Assembly: GCA_963736745.1 (NCBI GenBank)
Contig: CAVTQD010000057.1
Span: 52,678-116,677, forward strand
Origin: an uncultured Verrucomicrobiae bacterium
GTDB lineage: Bacteria; Verrucomicrobiota; Verrucomicrobiia; Chthoniobacterales; JAFAMB01
Direction of reading: 5' to 3'
Length of the DNA stretch: 64,000 nucleotides
In this document: positions 59,576 to 64,000 of the stretch, piece after piece
Position numbering within the stretch: position 1 is the first letter of the stretch
Layout: every line of letters begins with the position of its first letter
Translations under genes and position numbers: made by a program
The notes under the pieces: model-generated
Databases searched by the model: none
Told to the model about the DNA's origin: nothing
Seen by the model: the letters and a program-made list of their open reading frames with translations, nothing else

Positions 59576-60244
59576 CTACCAGGGATAGAAGACCACCGGC
59601 GGACCGTATGGAGGAAACCCGGGCGCGTACCCATCGTCAATGATAATGATTCTTCGGTACCGGGTTCTAGCGGAGACTCTATGCGATCTGTGATGCGCTT
59701 CCTGGCTCGCGCTTCGGTGTAGCTTTGAGCCATGAGCAAAAGCCCGCACGGCCGAAGCCCTGCCTCCATAGACCTCGCGTATTTTAGCCTCTTCGTATGC
59801 ATCAATCGAGGACTTCAATTTTGGATCGAGCTTTCGCATTCGAGATGCCACGTTAACGTAGTAGGCTCGGAGATAAGTACGCCGCGAGGCAGAATTCGAG
59901 CTGTGCTTCGCACGCCTCAACAGATGAGCAGCGCGGGAGTCGCTCATCGCCAAAGATCGAATCTGCTCAAATCGGTCATCCTTTTCGAGCACCTGCCGCG
60001 ACGATGCTTGGGCCGGTGACAACTTTCCAGGCAGCCCCGCCGGCGGGCGAGCCGGAAGTTCGCCCGATTCCGGTAATAAACCTGGCTCCGAATTCGAGGG
60101 ACCAGACTCAGACGTCGGAAGAGCAGGCTCCTCCGTTTCGCTTGTGCCCGTGCCTGGCGATGGCGATTGCGAATCTTCAGCGTTTGCCACCGCCAAAGCG
60201 GCAATCAAAGCGAGTAAGATGGTTGCCTGCGATTTCATGTGCAT
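59576..60244 (-). CDS. Hypothetical secreted protein (signal peptide, P/S/E-rich linker, basic C-terminal region)
   Basis: 222 aa. MHMKSQATILLALIAALAVANA is followed by low-complexity SPSPGTGTSETEEPALPTSESGPSNSEPG, a helical basic region and the C-terminus IIIIDDGYAPGFPPYGPPVVFYPW. I recognise no family. Confidence 0.55.
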   Translation of the reverse strand: MHMKSQATILLALIAALAVANAEDSQSPSPGTGTSETEEPALPTSESGPSNSEPGLLPESGELPARPPAGLPGKLSPAQASSRQVLEKDDRFEQIRSLAMSDSRAAHLLRRAKHSSNSASRRTYLRAYYVNVASRMRKLDPKLKSSIDAYEEAKIREVYGGRASAVRAFAHGSKLHRSASQEAHHRSHRVSARTRYRRIIIIDDGYAPGFPPYGPPVVFYPW

Positions 60245-60406
60245 GCATCAAGGAATCCCAGCACATTGCCGGATTTGTCCGCAGACCGCAAGACGGGGAT
60301 CGGGATACTTAAACGGGATTCCCCACCAGGAAGATTATCGACTCTGGCGATTGGCTGCGCTACTCTGGCGAACTTGTTGCGGCAGACGCGCCCAATTTCG
60401 CTGATC

Positions 60407-61195
60407 ATGATTTCGAAAAAATTACTTCGTCCGGTACCTCTGGCCGCAGCAATATGTCTGAGTTTTATTACGCCGGCTCCTAAAATACTGGCCGACGACA
60501 TTAGCAAGGCTGTCGATGCTTTCGATCGGGATCTCGGCCTGGAACGTTTGGGGCCGGATATCGTTAATATTGACCAGCAGAGCCCAGCCGCAGCAGGATC
60601 GAACTCCGTACCGACCGCGAAAAACAATGGGCATCAACGGAAATCGCCAGTCTCCCTTCCCGCCCTCTCTTCGGACATCCTGACCTTCCGTTCAAGCCAG
60701 AGAGTGACCGACAGCGTGCGCGGCTTCATGATTGCGAAGGTGACACAAAACGATATGACGGCAATTCCCGCCGTCGAAAAACGGTTTGCTGATGATGCCC
60801 TCCTGCATCGATTCGACCGCAAGTTTTCGCTGTACGGCTTTTCGAGCCAGAACCTGGGAGACACAGTCGCGGGTTACTTAATCGCCTCATGGGAGATCAT
60901 CAACAACACCGATGCCTCCGGGAACGGTGAAGGAATTCGTCGGGTTCGAGAGGCCGTGCGGAGCCGTATGAAGCAGAAAGGAAAAGTCACTGCACTATCT
61001 GACCCCGACAAACAGCGGTACTCTGAAATCTTCAAATATGTCACGGTCCTGATGATCGACCAGATGAAGGAACTGAAACTGAAACATAACGAAGGCGGAC
61101 AACGCCAATTGCGGAAGCAGGCCGCTAAGCCCCCGCTAAAAATCGGACTCGACCTCCGGAGGATGCGTCTGACTGATCACGGGTTTGTCAAGTAG
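60407..61195 (+). CDS. Hypothetical secreted protein
   Basis: ORF 60239..61195 trimmed to ATG 60407 (MISKKLLRPVPLAAAICLSFITPAPKILADD, signal-peptide-like). 262 aa, with no family recognised with confidence. Confidence 0.55.
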   Translation: MISKKLLRPVPLAAAICLSFITPAPKILADDISKAVDAFDRDLGLERLGPDIVNIDQQSPAAAGSNSVPTAKNNGHQRKSPVSLPALSSDILTFRSSQRVTDSVRGFMIAKVTQNDMTAIPAVEKRFADDALLHRFDRKFSLYGFSSQNLGDTVAGYLIASWEIINNTDASGNGEGIRRVREAVRSRMKQKGKVTALSDPDKQRYSEIFKYVTVLMIDQMKELKLKHNEGGQRQLRKQAAKPPLKIGLDLRRMRLTDHGFVK

Positions 61196-61498
61196 GCGCG
61201 CCCTCCCCAAAACGGGATTTACGCCGCACAATTCGTATTTTTTGACTAATATCGCGCTCCGTCATAATGTCGGGGGCGATAAGGTGAGGATTGATTGTTA
61301 GGCAGTGACCGGTGGAAAGACGGCTCTCCACCTAACTGGCCGTTCCCGTACCATCCTTACCGCACTAACCCCCTGAGATCCCCGCATACAGCAACGATTA
61401 GAATCTTGTCTTGCCATTCCATCCCCCTGAGCGACGTGCTCGCCCGGGAAATTTTTCCTGCTAGGCGCGACAAGTATAACCCCAGACAAAAAATCCAA

Positions 61499-62596
61499 AT
61501 GAAAAAGTTAGATCGTTTCTCCCAGAACACAGAAGGAAGCGCAGGTTTGTCCCGGCGCGAAGCATTGCGACGTGCTGCTACCGCGGGCGCGTTGCTCTCC
61601 CTCTCTTCCCTCGGACTCGGCATGCCCTCAAACGCAGAAGCGGCTGAAGGCGAGACCGTCGGCAAATATCCGAAGCATCCAAAGTGGAAATTCACTTTCG
61701 TGAATCACGTCACCACCAACCCTTTCTTTGTCCCAACTCGGTACGGCGCGGAGGACGCCTGCGCGCTTCTGGGCTGTACTTACCAATGGGCCGGCTCCGA
61801 GAAATCAATCGCCACCGATATGGTCAATGCTCTGAATACTGCGGTCTCTGCGGGTGTCGACGGTATCGCTGTCAGCCTGGTTGACCAGGCTGCCTTTAAT
61901 GACCCGGTCGAAAAGGCCCTCAAAGCTGGTATCCCCGTAGTGTCGTACAACGCAGACGTTCAAAGCAACAAACGACTATGCTATATCGGCCAGGATCTGT
62001 TTGTATCGGGCAAAGGATTGGGTCAACGCATTGTTGAATTAGTGCCGGAAGGCGAAGTCGTTGGCTTTATTGCTACCCCTGGACAGCTGAACATCCAACC
62101 CCGCCTGGACGGCGCAAAGGCCGCGATCAAGGAGTCTGGCAAGAATATTAAATTGAGTGAGGTATCCTCTGGAGCAGCCTTGAACGACGAAGTCTCCGCG
62201 GTCGAAGCCTACTTCGCAGGTCATCCCGACATTAAAGGTATGTTTGCGGTGGACGCGGGCAGTACCGCGGCGGTGGCGAAGGCGATGGCGGGCCATCAAC
62301 TTCAGTCCAAAGGCGTTCATGCGGGAGGTTTTGATCTTCTGCCGACCACGATGGAGGCAATAGCAAAGGGAGACTTGGACTTCACGATCGATCAACAGCC
62401 GTACCTCCAGGGGTTCTACACCGTCCTGGTGCTCTTCCTTTACAAAATTTCTGGCGGATTGACCGGACCGGCCGACATCAATACCGGCCTCAACTTCATC
62501 ACGAAGGCCAACGTAAACCCGTTCCTTAACACTCAAAGCCGCTATCAGGGTAATTCCAGTGAAGAAAAGGTTTTGACACGGTCAGGCGCCATATAA
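61499..62596 (+). CDS. Sugar ABC transporter substrate-binding protein (periplasmic binding protein type I, ribose/xylose-like), Tat signal
   Basis: ORF 61295..62596 trimmed to ATG 61499. It has the twin-arginine signal LSRREALRRAATAGALLSL and a PBP-I fold pattern (FVNHVTTNPFF, VSYNAD, GFDL). It is followed by its permease and ATPase. Confidence 0.83.
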   Translation: MKKLDRFSQNTEGSAGLSRREALRRAATAGALLSLSSLGLGMPSNAEAAEGETVGKYPKHPKWKFTFVNHVTTNPFFVPTRYGAEDACALLGCTYQWAGSEKSIATDMVNALNTAVSAGVDGIAVSLVDQAAFNDPVEKALKAGIPVVSYNADVQSNKRLCYIGQDLFVSGKGLGQRIVELVPEGEVVGFIATPGQLNIQPRLDGAKAAIKESGKNIKLSEVSSGAALNDEVSAVEAYFAGHPDIKGMFAVDAGSTAAVAKAMAGHQLQSKGVHAGGFDLLPTTMEAIAKGDLDFTIDQQPYLQGFYTVLVLFLYKISGGLTGPADINTGLNFITKANVNPFLNTQSRYQGNSSEEKVLTRSGAI

Positions 62597-62611
62597 CGAT
62601 CAAAAGACACA

Positions 62612-63643
62612 ATGGCGACCGACAAAGCGGCTACCTTGCCGCAACGACAGGATAGCCCCCAGCGCGCAGAGCGCGGGGGCTGGTTGCGCCGACTGGGATC
62701 ATCCGTGCTCCGCTCCCGGGAATCGAGCGTCGCGATCGCCGGGATTGTGCTCATAATTTATTTCCAGAGCACCGCGCCTGCATTTCTGTCTGCCGGCAAC
62801 GTGGCTAATCTTGCGGGGTATGCCGCGACGACCGCCATTATAGCTGCCGGCGAGGTGTTCGTGCTGATTTCCGGTGAAGTGGACCTGTCGGCTGGACAGG
62901 TATACGCGCTGTCCCCATTCGTGATGTTTTACGCCCAGCAGGCGGGAATTCCTTTCTTTTTCGCGATTGTGATTGGACTGATTCCGGCCGCGATCATCGG
63001 CTTAATCACTGGGTTGATCACCGTGGTTTTCGAGATTCCATCTTTTATTACCACACTTGGCACACTCTATCTGATCAACGGCCTGACCCTGACGATTTCA
63101 GGCGGTTTTCCCGTTCAACCGAACGCGGGCCCAACCATCGCCGGCCTCTTCGGCGGGAATGCGCTGTCCCAGATTATCTGGGCACTTGGAGTTATGATCC
63201 TTCTCCAGTTCGTACTGGTCAAGACTCGCTGGGGAATGCACACCATAGCCACCGGGGGCAATCTCGTCGGCGCAAAAGAAGTCGGCATCAAGACCGGTCT
63301 GGTAAAGACCGGAAATTTCGTTCTCTGCAGCCTCTTGGGCGGGTTGGCCGGAATATTGGATGCTTTTCGGATCGGTTCTATCGATCCGTTGGCCGGCGGG
63401 ACCGAGATCATGTTCATGGCCATCGCGTCCGCGGTCATCGGCGGAACGCTTCTGATCGGCGGTTCCGGCACAATCATAGGCGCATTCCTCGGCGCCATCG
63501 TGCTTGGCATTTTAAAAGATGGATTTACGCTTTCCGGCGTCAGCGCCTATGCCTTTGACATGATCTTGGGCGGCGCCATTCTCATAACGATGCTCATCAA
63601 CGTGCGCCTTAGCCGCCTGCGCGCGGCAGGAGGTAAAAAATGA
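62612..63643 (+). CDS. ABC transporter permease (RbsC/BPD_transp_2 type)
   Basis: 343 aa with ~9 TM segments and GEVDLSAGQVYAL, typical of ribose/xylose-class permeases. Confidence 0.88.
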   Translation: MATDKAATLPQRQDSPQRAERGGWLRRLGSSVLRSRESSVAIAGIVLIIYFQSTAPAFLSAGNVANLAGYAATTAIIAAGEVFVLISGEVDLSAGQVYALSPFVMFYAQQAGIPFFFAIVIGLIPAAIIGLITGLITVVFEIPSFITTLGTLYLINGLTLTISGGFPVQPNAGPTIAGLFGGNALSQIIWALGVMILLQFVLVKTRWGMHTIATGGNLVGAKEVGIKTGLVKTGNFVLCSLLGGLAGILDAFRIGSIDPLAGGTEIMFMAIASAVIGGTLLIGGSGTIIGAFLGAIVLGILKDGFTLSGVSAYAFDMILGGAILITMLINVRLSRLRAAGGKK

Positions 63644-64000
63644 GTGAGGAAATGTTGCGTTGCGAGCACCTCTCCAAATCCTTCGGCCAAGTCACAGCTC
63701 TTAAGGACACCTCGATCCGGCTGGACAAAGGTGAAGTTCTTGGACTTCTCGGCGACAACGGTGCCGGCAAGTCCACGCTCTTGAAGATCCTGACCGGGTT
63801 TCACCAGCCGAGCAGCGGCAAAATCTTATTTCCAAGGCAAAGAACAAGTGCTCAGGTCCGTCAGTTTCGCGCGCTCACTGGGAATTGAACCGGTCTACCA
63901 GGATCTGGCTCTTATTAACGAATTGAGTGTTTACCGCAACATGTTCCTGCGAAGGGAAATCATGTTTGGCGGATTTCTGCGTATCCTCAATGACGGCGCG
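63640..64000 (+). CDS. Sugar ABC transporter ATP-binding protein (partial at window end), reading frame broken once (+1)
   Basis: Walker A GDNGAGKST lies in ORF 63640..63888. After ~63829-63835 the conserved continuation QGKEQVLRSVSFARSLGIEPVYQDLALINELSVYRNMFL is in the +1 frame. It has an ATGA overlap with the permease. Confidence 0.85.

Noticed and set aside
61242-61270. TTGACT-N15-CATAAT promoter-like string ~250 nt upstream of the second sugar-binding protein gene, with a possible long structured leader (duplicated CCCCCTGAG at ~61371 and ~61423).
   Set aside because: The spacer is suboptimal, I recognise no riboswitch or leader family in the interval, and the evidence is a bare pattern match.

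Overview
This 64-kb chromosomal window is gene-dense on both strands, with about 60 protein genes, nearly all housekeeping. It contains rho (3' end off-window), coaE, a UDP-xylose-synthase-like SDR, phoU, argS, ptsN, a glgA homologue, prmA and two aminotransferases. It also holds a dksA-like/rpmG/rpsR/rpsA block, mqnD, hisD, mtgA and a complete F1Fo ATP synthase operon (atpBEFHAGDC, minus strand). Further genes are an FtsX-type ABC permease with an AttH/CrtC-like partner, an LptF/G-type permease, a DinG-like helicase, an orphan sigma54 response regulator, two sugar ABC uptake loci, a CHAD protein, a GGT-family protein, hsp20-lon, and assorted oxidoreductases and membrane proteins. A SWIB/MDM2 protein, a DUF1800/DUF1501 pair and the futalosine gene mqnD suggest a PVC/Verrucomicrobiota-like source, but that is inference only. 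I recognised no rRNA, tRNA, CRISPR array, transposase, integrase or phage gene, and I found no convincing novel multi-gene system. Four things are most worth a second look. (1) Five intergenic regions carry long hairpin-forming inverted repeats. Three of them (42980-43273, 52592-52743, 58315-58548) have 29-34 bp arms with exactly one mismatch each; two others are built from short tandem motifs (CAGGAGT/ACTCCTG and CACAGAGA types). (2) There are nine reading-frame breaks in seven otherwise well-conserved genes: mqnD, atpD, atpG, atpA x2, DUF1800, lon x2 and the last ABC ATPase. Eight of the nine are net +1. This fits consensus indel error better than decay, except for DUF1800, which also has an in-frame stop and an apparent internal deletion. 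(3) The glycogen-synthase homologue has lost both hallmark catalytic residues. (4) A DksA-like protein, L33 and S18 sit together and have all lost their Zn-ligand cysteines. All family calls are by-eye motif recognition from the supplied translations; no database search was run.
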